Assembly (NCBI GenBank): GCA_964016885.1
Contig: OZ024740.1
Span: forward strand, 2,604,001-2,668,000
DNA from: Eledone cirrhosa
Taxonomy: Eukaryota
DNA: 64,000 bases
Direction: 5' to 3'
Part shown: positions 36,201-51,200 of the stretch, one piece after another
How the letters are laid out: each line of letters starts with the position of its first letter
Position numbering within the stretch: position 1 is the first letter of the stretch
The notes under the pieces: model-generated
The model's database searches: none
What the model saw: only the letters and a program-made list of their open reading frames with translations
What the model was told of the DNA's origin: nothing
Position numbers and translations under genes: made by a program

Positions 36201-39200
36201 CCCCAAGCTATCTTTCTCTACCTTGTCTTCCCCCAAAACCTTTTTATTCACGAAGCTATCTTCTCAATCTTGTCTTCCCCCAAATCTCGTTATTCAGCAA
36301 GCTACCTTTCTCTACCTTGTCCCCCAAAACCTCCGTATTCACCAAGCGATCTTTTTCTACCATGTCATCCCTCAAAACATCGTTATTCACCAAGCTATCT
36401 TTCTCTACATTGTTTTCCCCAAAACCTTGTTATTCACCAAGCTATCCTTCTCTACCTTATCTTCTCCCAAAACTACGTTATTCACCAAGCTATCTTTCTC
36501 TACCTTGTCTTCCGCAAAAGATCGTTATTCACCAAGCTATCTTTCTCTACCTTGTCTTCCGCGAAAGATCGTTATTCACCAAGCTATCTTTCTCTAACTT
36601 GTCTTCCACCAAAACCACTTTATTCACCAAGCTATCTTTCTCAATCTTGTCTTCCGCAAAAGATTGTTATTCATCAAGCTATCTTTCTCAACCTTATCTT
36701 TCCCCAAAACCTCGTTATTCACCAATTTATCTTTCTCTACCTTGTCTTCCCCAAAACCTTTTTATTCAGCAAGATATATTTCTCTACCCTTTTCTTCCCC
36801 TAAAACCTCGTTATTCAACAAGCTATGTTTCTCTACCTTGTCATCCCCCAAAACCTCGTTATTCACCAAGCTATCTTACTCTACCTTGTCTTCCCCAACA
36901 CCTTGTTATTCCAAAAGTTATGTTTCTCTACCTTGTCTTTCCCCAAAACAGCGTTATTAACCAAGATATCTTTCTCTACCTTGTCTTCCCCCAAAATTTC
37001 GTTATTCACCAAGCTATCTTTCTGAAACCTGACTTCACCCAAAACCTCGTTATTCACCAAGTTATCTTTCTCTACACTGTCTTCCCCAAAATCTTGTTAT
37101 TCAACGAAATACATTTCTCTACCTTGTCTGCCCCCAATACCTCGTTATTATTCACCAAGCTATCTAAACTACCTTGTCTTCCACCAAAACCACGTTATTC
37201 ACCAAGCTATCTTTCTCTACCTTGTCTTCCGCAAAATATTGTTACTCACCAAGCCATCTTTCTCTACCGTGTCTTCCCACAAAACCTCGTTATTCACCAA
37301 GCTATCTTTTTCAATATTGTCTTTCCCCAAAACCTCGTTATTTAACAAGCTATCCTTCTCAAACTTGTGTTCCCCAAAACCTCGTTATTCACCAAGCAAT
37401 CATTCTCAAACTTGTCTTCCCCAAAACCTCGTTATTCACCAAGCTATCTTTCTCTACCTTGTCTTCCCCCAAAGCCTCTATATTCACCAAGCTATCGTAA
37501 TCTACCTTGTCTTCCCCAAAACCTTGTTATTCACCAAGCTATCCTTCTCTACCTTGTCTTCTCCCAAACCTCGTTATTCACCAAGCTATCTTACTCTACC
37601 TTGTCCCCACAAATCCTCGTTATTCACCAAGCCATCTTTCTTTACCCTGTCTTTCTCCAAAACCTCGTTATTAACCAAGATATCTTTCTCTACCTTGTCT
37701 TCCCTAAAACCACGTTATTCTCCAAGCTATCTTTCTCTACCTTGACTTCCGCAAAAGCTCGTTATTCACCAAGCTATCTTTCTCTACCTTGACTTCCCCC
37801 AAAACCTCGTTATTAACCAAGCTATCTTTATCTACCTTGTCTTCCCCAAAACCTCGTTGTTTACTAAGATATATTTCTCTATCTTGTCTTCCCCCAAACG
37901 TTGTTATTCAAGAAAATATATTTCTCTACCTTGTCTACCCCCAAATCCTCGTTATTCACCAAGCTATCTTTCTCTACCTTGTCATCCCCCAAAACTGCGT
38001 TATTCACCAAGCTATCTTTCTCAATCTTGTCTCTCCTCAAAACATCGTTATTCACCAAGCTATCCTTCTAAACCTTGCCTTCCCCAAAATCTCGTTATTC
38101 ACTAAGCTATCTTTCTCTACCTTGTCTTCTCCCAAAACCTCATTATTCACCAAGCTATTTTTTATATACCTTGTCTTCCCTCAAATCTTCGTTATTCACC
38201 AAGCCATATTTCTCTACCTTGTCCCCCCAAATCATCGTTATTCACCAAGCCATCTTTCTTTACCTTGTCTTTCCCCAAATCCTCGTTATTCACCAAGCTA
38301 GGTTTCTCTACCTTGTCTTCCCCTATACATCGTTATTCACGAAGCTATCTTTCTCTACCTTGTCTTCCACCAAAACCACGTTATTCACCAAGCTATCTTT
38401 CTCAACCTTCTCTTTCCCCAAAACCTCGTTATTCACCAAGCTATCCTTCTCAACCTTATCTTCCCCAAAACATTGTTATTCACCAAGCTATCTTTTCGAC
38501 CTTGTACTCCTCCAAAACCTTGTTATTCACCAAGCTATCTTTCTCAACTTTGTCTTCCCCAAAACCTCTTTATTCACCAAGCTATCTTTATCTAAATTAT
38601 CCTTCCGAAAAACCTCTTTATTCCCCAAGCAATCTTTCTCTACCTTGTCTTCCCCCAAAACTTCGTTATTCACCAATCTATCTTTCTCAACATTGTCTTT
38701 CCCCAAAACCTCGTTATTTAACAAGCTATCCTTCTCAAACTTGTGTTGCCCAAAACCTCGTTATTCACCAAGCTATCATTCTCAACCTTGTCTTCCCCAA
38801 AACCTCGTTATTCACCAAGCTATCTTTCTCTACCCTGTCTTCCCCCAAAGCCTCTATATTCACCAAGCTATCTTTATCTACCTTGTCTTCCCCAAAACCT
38901 TGTTATTCACCAAGCTATCCTTCTCTACCTTGTCTTCTCCCAAACCTCGTTATTCACCAAGCTATCTTACTCTACCTTCTCCCCCCAAATCCTCGTTATT
39001 CACCAAGCCATCTTTCTTTCCTTGTCTTTCTCCAAAACCTCGTTATTAACCAAGATATCTTTCTCTAACTTGTCTTCCCTAAAACCACGTTATTTTCCAA
39101 GCTATCTTTCTCTACCTTGATTTCCGCAAAAGCTCGTTATTCACCAAGCTATCTTTCTCTACGTTGACTTCCCCCAAAACCTCGTTATTAACCAAGCTAT

Positions 39201-42200
39201 CTTTATCTACCTTTTCTTCCCCAAAACCTCGTTATTTACTAAGTTATATTTCTCTATCTTGTCTTCCCCCAAACCTTGTTATTCAAGAAAATATATTTCT
39301 CTACCTTGTCTACCCCAAATCCTCGTTATTCACCAAGCAATCTTTCTCTACCTTGTCCTCCCCCAAAACTGCGTTATTCACCAAGCTATCTTTCTCAACC
39401 TTGTCTCTCCTCAAAACCTCGTTATTCACCAAGCTAGGTTTCTCTACCTTGTCTTCCCCTATACATCGTTATTCACGAAGCTATCTTTCTCTACCTTGTC
39501 TTCCACCAAAACCACGTTATTCACCAAGCTATCTTTCTCAACCTTCTCTTTCCCCAAAACCTCGTTATTCACCAAGCTATCCTTCTCAACCTTATCTTCC
39601 CCAAAACATTGTTATTCACCAAGCTATCTTTTCGACCTTGTACTCCTCCAAAACCTTGTTATTCACCAAGCTATCTTTCTCAACTTTGTCTTCCCCAAAA
39701 CCTCTTTATTCACCAAGCTATCTTTATCTAAATTATCCTTCCGAAAAACCTCTTTATTCCCCAAGCAATCTTTCTCTACCTTGTCTTCCCCCAAAACTTC
39801 GTTATTCACCAATCTATCTTTCTCAACATTGTCTTTCCCCAAAACCTCGTTATTTAACAAGCTATCCTTCTCAAACTTGTGTTGCCCAAAACCTCGTTAT
39901 TCACCAAGCTATCATTCTCAACCTTGTCTTCCCCAAAACCTCGTTATTCACCAAGCTATCTTTCTCTACCCTGTCTTCCCCCAAAGCCTCTATATTCACC
40001 AAGCTATCTTTATCTACCTTGTCTTCCCCAAAACCTTGTTATTCACCAAGCTATCCTTCTCTACCTTGTCTTCTCCCAAACCTCGTTATTCACCAAGCTA
40101 TCTTACTCTACCTTCTCCCCCCAAATCCTCGTTATTCACCAAGCCATCTTTCTTTCCTTGTCTTTCTCCAAAACCTCGTTATTAACCAAGATATCTTTCT
40201 CTAACTTGTCTTCCCTAAAACCACGTTATTTTCCAAGCTATCTTTCTCTACCTTGACTTCCGCAAAAGCTCGTTATTCACCAAGCTATCTTTCTCTACGT
40301 TGACTTCCCCCAAAACCTCGTTATTAACCAAGCTATCTTTATCTACCTTTTCTTCCCCAAAACCTCGTTATTTACTAAGTTATATTTCTCTATCTTGTCT
40401 TCCCCCAAACCTTGTTATTCAAGAAAATATATTTCTCTACCTTGTCTACCCCAAATCCTCGTTATTCACCAAGCAATCTTTCTCTACCTTGTCCTCCCCA
40501 AATCATCGTTATTCACCAAACCATCTTTCTTTACCTTCTCTTTCCCCAAATCCTCGTTATTCACCAAGCTAGGTTTCTCTACCTTGTCTTCCCCTATACA
40601 TCGTTATTCACGAAGCTATCTTTCTCTACCTTGTCTTCCACCAAAACCACGTTATTCACCAAGCTATCTTTCTCAACCTTCTCTTTCCCCAAAACCTCGT
40701 TATTCACCAAGCTATCCTTCTCAACCTTATCTTCCCCAAAACATTGTTATTCACCAAGCTATCTTTTCGACCTTGTACTCCTCCAAAACCTTGTTATTCA
40801 CCAAGCTATCTTTCTCAACTTTGTCTTCCCCAAAACCTCTTTATTCACCAAGCTATCTTTATCTAAATTATCCTTCCGAAAAACCTCTTTATTCCCCAAG
40901 CAATCTTTCTCTACCTTGTCTTCCCCCAAAACTTCGTTATTCACCAAACTATCTTTCTCAACATTGTCTTTCCCCAAAACCTCGTTATTTAACAAGCTAT
41001 CCTTCTCAAACTTGTGTTCCCCAAAACCTCGTTATTCACCAAGCTATCATTCTCAACCTTGTCTTCCCCAAAACCTCGTTATTCACCAAGCTATCTTTCT
41101 CTACCCTGTCTTCCCCCAAAGCCTCTATATTCACCAAGCTATCTTTATCTACCTTGTCTTCCCCAAAACCTTGTTATTCACCAAGCTATCCTTCTCTACC
41201 TTGTCTTCTCCCAAACCTCGTTATTCACCAAGCTATCTTACTCTACCTTCTCCCCCCAAATCCTCGTTATTCACCAAGCCATCTTTCTTTCCTTGTCTTT
41301 CTCCAAAACCTCGTTATTAACCAAGATATGTTTCTCTACCTTGTCTTCCCTAAAACCACGTTATTTTCCAAGCTATCTTTCTCCACCTTGACTTCCACAA
41401 AAGCTCGTTATTCACCAAGCTATCTTTCTCTACGTTGACTTCCCCCAAAACCTCGTTATTAACCAAGCTATCTTTATCTACCTTTTCTTCCCCAAAACCT
41501 CGTTATTTACTAAGTTATATTTCTCTATCTTGTCTTCCCCCAAACCTTGTTATTCAAGAAAATATATTTCTCTACCTTGTCTACCCCAAATCCTCGTTAT
41601 TCACCAAGCAATCTTTCTCTACCTTGTCCTCCCCCAAAACTGCGTTATTCACCAAGCTATCTTTCTCAACCTTGTCTCTCCTCAAAACCTCGTTATTCAC
41701 CAAGCTATCCTTCTAAACGTTGTCTTCCCCAAAATCTCTTTATTCACTAAGCTATCTTTCTCTACCTTGTCTTCTCCCAAAACATCATTATTCACCAAGC
41801 TATTTTTTATCTACCTTGTCTTCCCCCAAATCTTCGTTATTCACCAAGCCGTATTTCTCTACCTTGTCTTCCCCGAAAACCTCGTTATTCACCAAGCTAT
41901 CTTACTCTAACTTGTCCCCCCATATCCTCGTTATTCACCAAGCCATCTTTCTTTACCTTATCTTTCACCAAAACCTCGTTATTCACCAAGCTAGGTTTCT
42001 CTACCTTGTCTTCCTCCTATACATCGTTATTCACGAAGCTATCTTTCTCTACTTTGTCTTCCACCAAAACCACGTTATTTACCAAGCTATCTTTCTCAAC
42101 CTTCTCTTTCCCCAAAACCTCGTTTTTCACCAAGCTATCCTTCTCAACCTTGTCTTTCCCAAAACATGGTGATTCACCAAGCTATCTTTTCTACCTTGTC

Positions 42201-45200
42201 CTCCCCCAAACCTTGTTATTCACCAAGCTATCTTTCTCAAACTTATCTTCCCCAAAAACTCTTTATTCACCAAGCTATCTTTCTCTACCTTGTCCTTCCG
42301 CAAAACCTCTTTATTCCCCAAGCTATCTTTCTCTACCTTGTCTTCCCCCAAAACCTTTTTATTCACTAAGCTATCTTCTCAACCTTGTCTTCCCCAAAAT
42401 CTCGTTATTCAACAAGCTACCTTTCTCTACCTTGTCCCCCAAAACCTCCTTATTCACCAAGCGATCTTTTTCTACCATGTCATCCCTCAAAACTTCGTTA
42501 TTCACCAAGCTATCTTTCTCTACATTGTTTTCCCCAAAACCTTGTTATTCACCAAGCTATCCTTCTCTACCTTATCTTCTCCCAAAACTACGTTATTCAC
42601 CAAGCTATCTTTCTCTACCTTGTCTTCCACAAAAGATCGTTATTCACCAAGCTATCTTTCTCTACCTTGTCTTCCGCGAAAGATCGTTATTCACCAAGCT
42701 ATCTTTCTCTAACTTGTCTTCCACCAAAACCACTTTATTCACCAAGATATCTTTCTCAATCTTGTCTTCCGCAAAAGATTGTTATTCATCAAGCTATCTT
42801 TCTCAAACTTATCTTTCCCCAAAACCTCGTTATTCACCTATTTATCTTTCTCTACCTTGTCTTCCCCAAAACCTTTTTATTCAGCAAGATATATTTCTCT
42901 ACCCTTTTCTTCCCCTAAAACCTCGTTATTCAACAAGCTATGTTTCTCTACCTTGTCATCCCCCAAAACCTCGTTATTCACCAAGCTATCTTACTCTACC
43001 TTGTCTTCCCCAACACCTTGTTATACCAAAAGTTATGTTTCTCTACCTTGTCTTTCCCCAAAACAGCGTTATTAACCAAGATATCTTTCTCTACCTTGTC
43101 TTCCCCCAAAATTTCGTTATTCACCAAGCTATCTTTCTCAAACCTGACTTCACCCAAAACCTCGTTATTCACCAAGTTATCTTTCTCTACCTTGTCTTCC
43201 CCAAAACCTTGTTATTCAACGAAATACATTTCTCTACCTTGTCTTCCCCCAATACCTCGTTATTATTCACCAAGCTATCTAAACTACCTTGTCTTCCACC
43301 AAAACCACGTTATTCATCAAGCTATCTTTCTCTACCTTGTCTTCCGCAAAATATTGTTACTCACCAAGCCATCTTTCTCTACCGTGTCTTCCCCCAAAAC
43401 CTCGTTATTCACCAAGCTATCTTTCTCAATATTGTCTTTCCCCAAAACCTCGTTATTTAACAAGCTATCATTCTCAAACTTGTCTTCCCCAAAACCTCAT
43501 TATTCACCAAGCTATCTTTCTCTACCTTGTCTTCCCCCAAAGCCTCTATATTCACCAAGCTATCTTTATCTACCTTGTCTTCCCCAAAACCTTGTTATTC
43601 ACCAAGCTATCCTTCTCTACCTTGTCTTCTCCCAAACCTCATTATTCACCAAGCTATCTTACTCTACCTTGTCCCCCCAAATCCTCGTTATTCACCAAGC
43701 CATCTTTCTTTACCTTGTCTTTCTCCAAAACCTCGTTATTAACCAAGATATCTTTCTCTACCTTGTCTTCCATAAAACCACGTTATTCTCCAAGCTATCT
43801 TTCTCTACCTTGACTTCCGCAAAAGCTCGTTATTCACCAAGCTATCTTTCTCTACCTTGACTTCCCCCAAAACCTCGTTATTTACTAAGTTATATTTCTC
43901 TATCTTGTCTTCCCCCAAACCTTGTTATTCAAGAAAATATATTTCTCTACCTTGTCTACCCCCAAATCCTCGTTATTCACCAAGCTATCTTTCTCTACCT
44001 TGTCATCCCCCAAAACTGCGTTATTCACCAAGCTATCTTTCTCAATCTTGTCTCTCCTCAAAACATCGTTATTCACCAAGCTATCCTTCTAAACCTTGTC
44101 TTCCCCAAAATCACGTTATTCACTAAGCTATCTTTCTCTACCTTGTCTTCTCCCAAAACCTCATTATCCACCAAGCTATTTTTTATCTACCTTGTCTTCC
44201 CCCAAATCTTCGTTATTCACCAAGCCGTATTTCTCTACCTTGTCTTCCCCGAAAACCTCGTTATTCACCAAGCTATCTTACTCTAACTTGTCCCCCCAAA
44301 TCCTCGTTATTCACCAAGCCATCTTTCTTTATCTTGTCTTTCTCGAAAACCTCGTTATTCACCAAGCTAGGTTTCTCTACCTTGTCTTCCCCTATACATC
44401 GTTATTCACGAAGCTATCTTTCTCTACCTTGTCTTCCACCAAAACCACGTGATTCACCAAGCTATCTTTCTCAACCTTCTCTTTCCCCAAAACCTCGTTA
44501 TTCACCAAGCTATCCTCCTCAACCTTATCTTCCCCAAAACATTGTTATTCACCAAGCTATCTTTTCGACCTTGTACTCCTCCAAAACCTTGTTATTCACC
44601 AAGCTATCTTTCTCAACTTTGTCTTCCCCAAAACCTCTTTATTCACCAAGCTATCTTTCTCTAAATTATCCTTCCGAAAAACCTCTTTATTCCCCAAGCA
44701 ATCTTTCTCTACCTTGTCTTCCCCCAAAACTTCGTTATTCACCAAGCTATCTTTCTCAACATTGTCTTACCCTAAAACCTCGTTATTTAACAAGCTATCC
44801 TTCTCAAACTTGTGTTCCCCAAAACCTCGTTATTCACCAAGCTATCATTCTCAATCTTGTCTTCCCCAAAACCTCGTTATTCACCAAGCTATCTTTCTCT
44901 ACCTTGTCTTCCCCCAAAGCCTCTATATTCACCAAGCTATCTTTATCTACCTTGTCTTCCCCAAAACCTTGTTATTCACCAAGCTATCCTTCTCTACCTT
45001 GTCTTCTCCCAAACCTCTTTATTCACCAAGCTATCTTACTCTACCTTCTCCCCCCAAATCCTCGTTATTCACCAAGCCATCTTTCTTTCCTTGTCTTTCT
45101 CCAAAATCTCGTTATTAACCAAGATATCTTTCTCTACCTTGTCTTCCCTAAAATGACGTTATTCTCCAAGCTATCTTTCTCTACCTTGACTTCCGCAAAA

Positions 45201-48200
45201 GCTCGTTATTCACCAAGCTATCTTTCTCTACCTTGACTTCCCCCAAAACCTCGTTATTAACCAAGCTATCTTTATCTACCTTTTCTTCCCCAAAACCTCG
45301 TTATTTACTAAGTTATATTTCTCTATCTTGACTTCCCCCAAACCTTGTTATTCAAGAAAATATATTTCTCTACCTTGTCTACCGCCAAATCCTCGTTATT
45401 CACCAAGCTATCTTTCTCTAGCTTGTCATCAACAAAACTGCGTTATTCACCAAGCTATCTTTCTCAATCTTGTCTCTCCTCAAAACATCGTTATTCACCA
45501 AGCTATCCTTCTAAACCTTGTCTTCCCCAAAATCTCGTTATTCACTAAGCTATCTTTCTCTACCTTGTCTTCTCCCAAAACCTCATTATTCACCAAGCTA
45601 TTTTTTATCTACCTTGTCTTCCCCCAAATCTTCGTTATTCACCAAGCCGTATTTCTCTACCTTGTCTTCCCCGAAAACCACGTTATTCACCAAGCTATCT
45701 TACTCTAACTTGTCCCCCCAAATCCTCGTTATTCACCAAGCCATCTTTCTTTACCTTGTCTTTCTCGAAAACCTCGTTATTCACCAAGCTAGGTTTCTCT
45801 ACCTTGTCTTCCCCTATACATCGTTATTCACGAAGCTATCTTTCTCTACCTTGTCTTCCACCAAAACCACGTTATTCACCAAGCTATCTTTCTCAACCTT
45901 CTATTTCCCCAAAACCTCGTTATTCACCAAGCTATCCTTCTCAACCTTATCTTCCCCAAAACATTGTTATTCACCAAGCTATCTTTTCGACCTTGTACTC
46001 CTCCAAAACCTTGCTATTCACCAAGCTATCTTTCTCAACTTTGTCTTCCGCAAAACCTCTTTATTCACCAAGCTATCTTTCTCTAAATTATCCTTCCGCA
46101 AAACCTCTTTATTCCCCAAGCAATCTTTCTCTACCTTGTCTTCCCCCAAAACTTCGTTATTCACCAAGCTATCTTTCTCAACATTGTCTTTCCCCAAAAC
46201 CTCGTTATTTAACAAGCTATCCTTCTCAAACTTGTGTTCCCCAAAACCTCGTTATTCACCAAGCTATCATTCTCAACCTTGTCTTCCCCAAAACCTCGTT
46301 ATTCACCAAGCTATCTTTCTCTACCTTGTCTTCCCCCAAAGCCTCTATATTCACCAAGCTATCTTTATCTACCTTGTCTTCCCCAAAACCTTGTATTTCA
46401 CCAAGCTATCCTTCTCTACCTTGTCTTCTCCCAAACCTCGTTATTCACCAAGCTATCTTACTCTACCTTCTCCCCCCAAATCCTCATTATTCACCAAGCC
46501 ATCTTTCTTTCCTTGTCTTTCTCCAAAACCTCGTTATTAACCAAGATATCTTTCTCTACCTTGTCTTCCCTAAAACCACGTTATTCTCCAAGCTATCTTT
46601 CTCTACCTTGACTTCCGCAAAAGCTTGTTATTCACCAAGCTATCTTTCTCTACGTTGACTTCCCCCAAAACCTCGTTATTAACCAAGCTATCTTTATCTA
46701 CCTTTTCTTCCCCAAAACCTCGTTATTTACTAAGTTATATTTCTCTATCTTGTCTTCCCCCAAACCTTGTTATTCAATAAAATATATTTCTCTACCTTGT
46801 CTACCCCAAAATCCTCGTTATTCTCCAAGCTATCTTTCTCTACCTTGTCCTCCCCCAAAACTGCGTTATTCACCAAGCTATCTTTCTCAACTTTGTCTCT
46901 CCTCAAAACGTCGTTATTCACCAAGCTATCCTTCTAAACCTTGTCTTCCCCAAAATCTCTTTATTCACTAAGCTATCTTTCTCTACCTTGTCTTCTCCCA
47001 AAACCTCATTATTCACCAAGCTATTTTTCATCTACCCTGTCTTCCCCCAAATCTTCGTTATTCACCAAGCCGTATTTCTCTACCTTGTCTTCCCCGAAAA
47101 CCTCGTTATTCACCAAGCTATCTTACTCTAACTTGTCCCTCCAAATCCTCGTTATTCACCAAGCCATCTTTCTTTACCTTGTCTTTCTCCAAAACCTCGT
47201 TATTCACCAAGCTAGGTTTCTCTACCTTGTCTTCCTCCTATACATCGTTATTCACGAAGCTATCTTTCTCTACCTTGTCTTCCACCAAAACCACGTTATT
47301 CACCAAGCTATCTTTCTCAACCTTCTCTTTCCCCAAAACCTCGTTTTTCACCAAGCTATCCTTCTCAACCTTGTCTTCCCCAAAACATTGTTATTCACCA
47401 AGCTATCTTTTCTACCTTGTCCTCCCCCAAACCTTGTTATTCACCAAGCTATCTTTCTCAAACTTATCTCCCCCAAAAACTCTTTATTCACCAAGCTATC
47501 TTTCTCTACCTTGTCCTTCCGCAAAACCTCTTTATTCCCCAAGCTATCTTTCTCTACCTTGTCTTCCCCCAAAACATTTTTATTCACCATGCTATCTTCT
47601 CAACCTTGTCTTCCCCAAAATCTCGTTATTCAACAAGCCATCTTTCTCTACCTTGTCCCCCCAAAACCTCCTTATTCACCAGGCGATCTTTTTCTACCTT
47701 GTCATCCCTCAAAACCTCGTTATTCACCAAGCTATCTTTCCCTACATTGTTTTCCCCAAAACCTTGTTATTCACCAAGCTATCCTTCTCTACCTTATCTT
47801 CTCCCAAAACTACGTTATTCACCAAGCTATCTTTCTCTACCTTGTCTTCCACAAAAGATCGTTATTCACCAAGCTATCTTTCTCTACCTTGTCTTCCGCA
47901 AAATATCGTTATTCACCAAGCTATCTTTCTCTAAATTGTCTTCCCCAAAACCTCGTTATTCACCAAGCTATCTTAAACTACCTTGTCTTCCACCAAAACC
48001 ACGTTATTCACCAAGCTATCTTACTCTACCTTGTCTTCCGCAAAATATTGTTACTCACCAAGCCATCTTCTCTACCGTGTCTTCCCCCAAAACCTCGTTA
48101 TTTACCAAGCTATCTTTCTCAACATTGTCTTTCCCCAAAACCTTGTTATTTAACAAGCTATCCTTCTCAAATATGTGTTCCCCAAAACCTCGTTATTCAC

Positions 48201-51200
48201 CAAGCTATCATTCTCAACCTTGTCTTCCCCAAAACCTCGTTATTCACCAAGCTATCTTTTTCTACCTTGTCTTCCCCCAAAGCCTCTATATTCACCAAGC
48301 TATCTTTATCTACCTTGTCTTCCCCAAAACCTTGTTATTCACCAAGCTATCCTTCTCTACCTTGTCTTCTCCCAAACCTCGTTATTCACCAAGCTATCTT
48401 ACTCTACCTTGTCCCCCCAAATCCTCGTTATTCACCAAGCCATCTTTCTTTACCTTGTCTTTTCCCAAAACCTCGTTATTCACCAGGCTAGGTTTCTCTA
48501 CCTTGTCTTCCCCCTATACATCGTTATTCACGAAGCTATCTTTCTCTACCTTGTCTTCCACCAAAACCACGTTATTCACCAAGCTATCTTTCTCAACCTT
48601 CTCTTTCCCCTAAACCTCGTTATTCACCAAGCTATCCTTCTCAACCTTATCTTCCCCAAAACATTGTTATTCACCAAGCTATCTTTTCGACCTTGTACTC
48701 CTCCAAAACCTTGTTATTCACCAAGCTATCTTTCTCAACTTTGTCTTCCCCAAAACCTCTTTATTCACCAATCTATCTTTCTCTAAATTATCCTTCCGCA
48801 AAACCTTTTTATTCCCCAAACTATTTTCTCTACCTTGTCTTCCCCCAAAACTTCGGTATTCACCAAGCTATCTTTCTCAACATTGTCTTTCCCCAAAACC
48901 TCGTTATTTAACAAGCTATCCTTCTCAAATTTGTGTTCCCCAAAACCTCGTTATTCACCAAGCTATCTTTCTCTACCTTGTCTTCCCCCAAAGCCTCTAT
49001 ATTCACCAAGCTATCTTTATCTACCTTGTCTTCCCCAAAACCTTGTTATTCACCAAGCTATTCTTCTCTACCTTGTCTTCTCCCAAACCTCGTTATTCAC
49101 CAAGCTATCTTACTCTACCTTGTCCTCCCAAATCCTCGTTATTCACCAAGCCATCTTTCTTTACCTTGTCTTTCTCCAAAACCTCGTTATTAACCAAGAT
49201 ATCTTTCTCTACCTTGTCTTCCCTAAAACCACGTTATTCTCCAAGCTATCTTTCTCTCCTTGACTTCCGCAAAAGCTCGTTATTCACCAAGCTATCTTTC
49301 TCCACCTTGTCTTCCCCAAAACCACGTTATTTACTAAGTTATATTTCTCTATCTTGTCTTCCCCCAAACCTTGTTATTCAATAAAATATATTTCTCTACC
49401 TTGTCTACCCCCAAAACCTCGTTATTCACCAAGCTATCTTTCTCAACCTTGTCATCCCCCAAAACTGCGTTATTCACCAAGCTATCTTTCTCAACCTTGT
49501 CTCTCCTCAAAACATCGTTATTCACCAAGCTATCCTTCTAAACCTTGTCTTCCCCAAAATCTCGTTATTCATTAAGCTATCTTTCTCTACCTTGTCTTCT
49601 CCCAAAACCTCATTATTCACCAAGCTATTTTTTATCTACCTCGTATTCCCCAAAATCTTCGTTATTCACCAAGCCGTATTTCTCTACCTTGTCTTCCCCG
49701 AAAACCTCGTTATTCACCAAGCTATCTTACTCTAACTTGTCCCCCCAAATCCTCGTTATTCACCAAGCCATCTTTCTTTACCTTGTCTTTCCCCAACACC
49801 TCGTTATTCACCAAGCTAGGTTTCTCTACCTTGACTTCACCCTATACATCGTTATTCACGAAGCTATCTTTCTCTACCTTGTCTTCCACCAAAACCACGT
49901 TATTCACCAAGCTATCTTTCTCAACCTTCTCTTTCCCCAAAACCTCGTTATTCACCAAGCTATCCTTCTCAACCTTATCTTCCCTAAAACATTGTTATTC
50001 ACCAAGCTATCTTTTCGACCATGTACTCCTCCAACACCTTGTTATTCACCAAGCTATCTTTCTCAACTTTGTCTTCCCCAAAACCTCTTTATTCACCAAG
50101 CTATCTTTCTCTAAATTATCCTTCCGCAAAACCTCTTTATTACCCAAGCTATCTTTCCCTACCTTGTCTTCCCCCAAAACTTCATTTTTCACCAAGCTAT
50201 CTTCTCAACCTTGTCTTCCCCAAATCCTCGTTATTCAACAATCTACCTTTCTCAACCTTGTCCCCCAAAACCTCTTTATTCACGAAGCTATCTTTCTCTA
50301 CCTTGTCATCCGCCAAAACCTCGTTATTCACCAAGCATTCTTTCTCTACCCTGTCTTCCGCAAATGATAGTTATTCACCAAGCTATCTTTCTCTACCTTG
50401 TCTTCCACCAAAACCACGTTATTCACCAAGCTATCTTTCTCAATCTTGTCTGCCGCAAAAGATTACTCATCAAGCTATCTTTCTCAACCTTGTCTTTCCC
50501 CAAAACCTCGTTATTCAGCAATTTATCCTTCTCTACCTTGTCTTCCCCAAAACCTTTTTATTCAACAAGATATATTTCACTACCTTTTCTTCCCCTAAAA
50601 CCTCGTCATTCACCAAGCTATGTTTATCTACCTTGTCATCCCCCAAAACCTCGTTATTCACCAAGCTATCTTACTCTACCTTGTCTTCCCCAACACATTT
50701 TTATTCAACAAGTTATGTTTCTCTACCTTGTCTTCCCCCAAAACCTCGTTATTCACCAAGCTATCTTACTCTACGTTGTCCCCCCAAATCCTCGTTATTC
50801 ACCAAGCTATATTCCTCTACCTTATCTTTCCCCAAAACTTCGTTATTAACCAAGCTATCTTTCTCAACTTTGACTTCACCCAAAGCTTCGTTATTCACCA
50901 AGTTATCTTTCTCTACCTTGTCTTCCCCAAAACCTTGTTATTCAACAAAATATATTTCTCTACTTTGTCTTCCCCCAATACTTCGTTAATCACCAAGCTA
51001 TCTTAAACTACCTTGACTTCTACCAAAACCACGTTATTCACCAAACTATCTTTCTCTACCTTGTCTTCCCCAAAATATTGTTATTCACCAAGCCATCTTT
51101 CTCTACTGTGTCTTCCCCCAAAACCTCGTTACTCACCAAACTATCTTTCTCAACATTGTCTTTCCCCAAAACCTCGTTATTCAAGAAGCTATCCTTCTCA

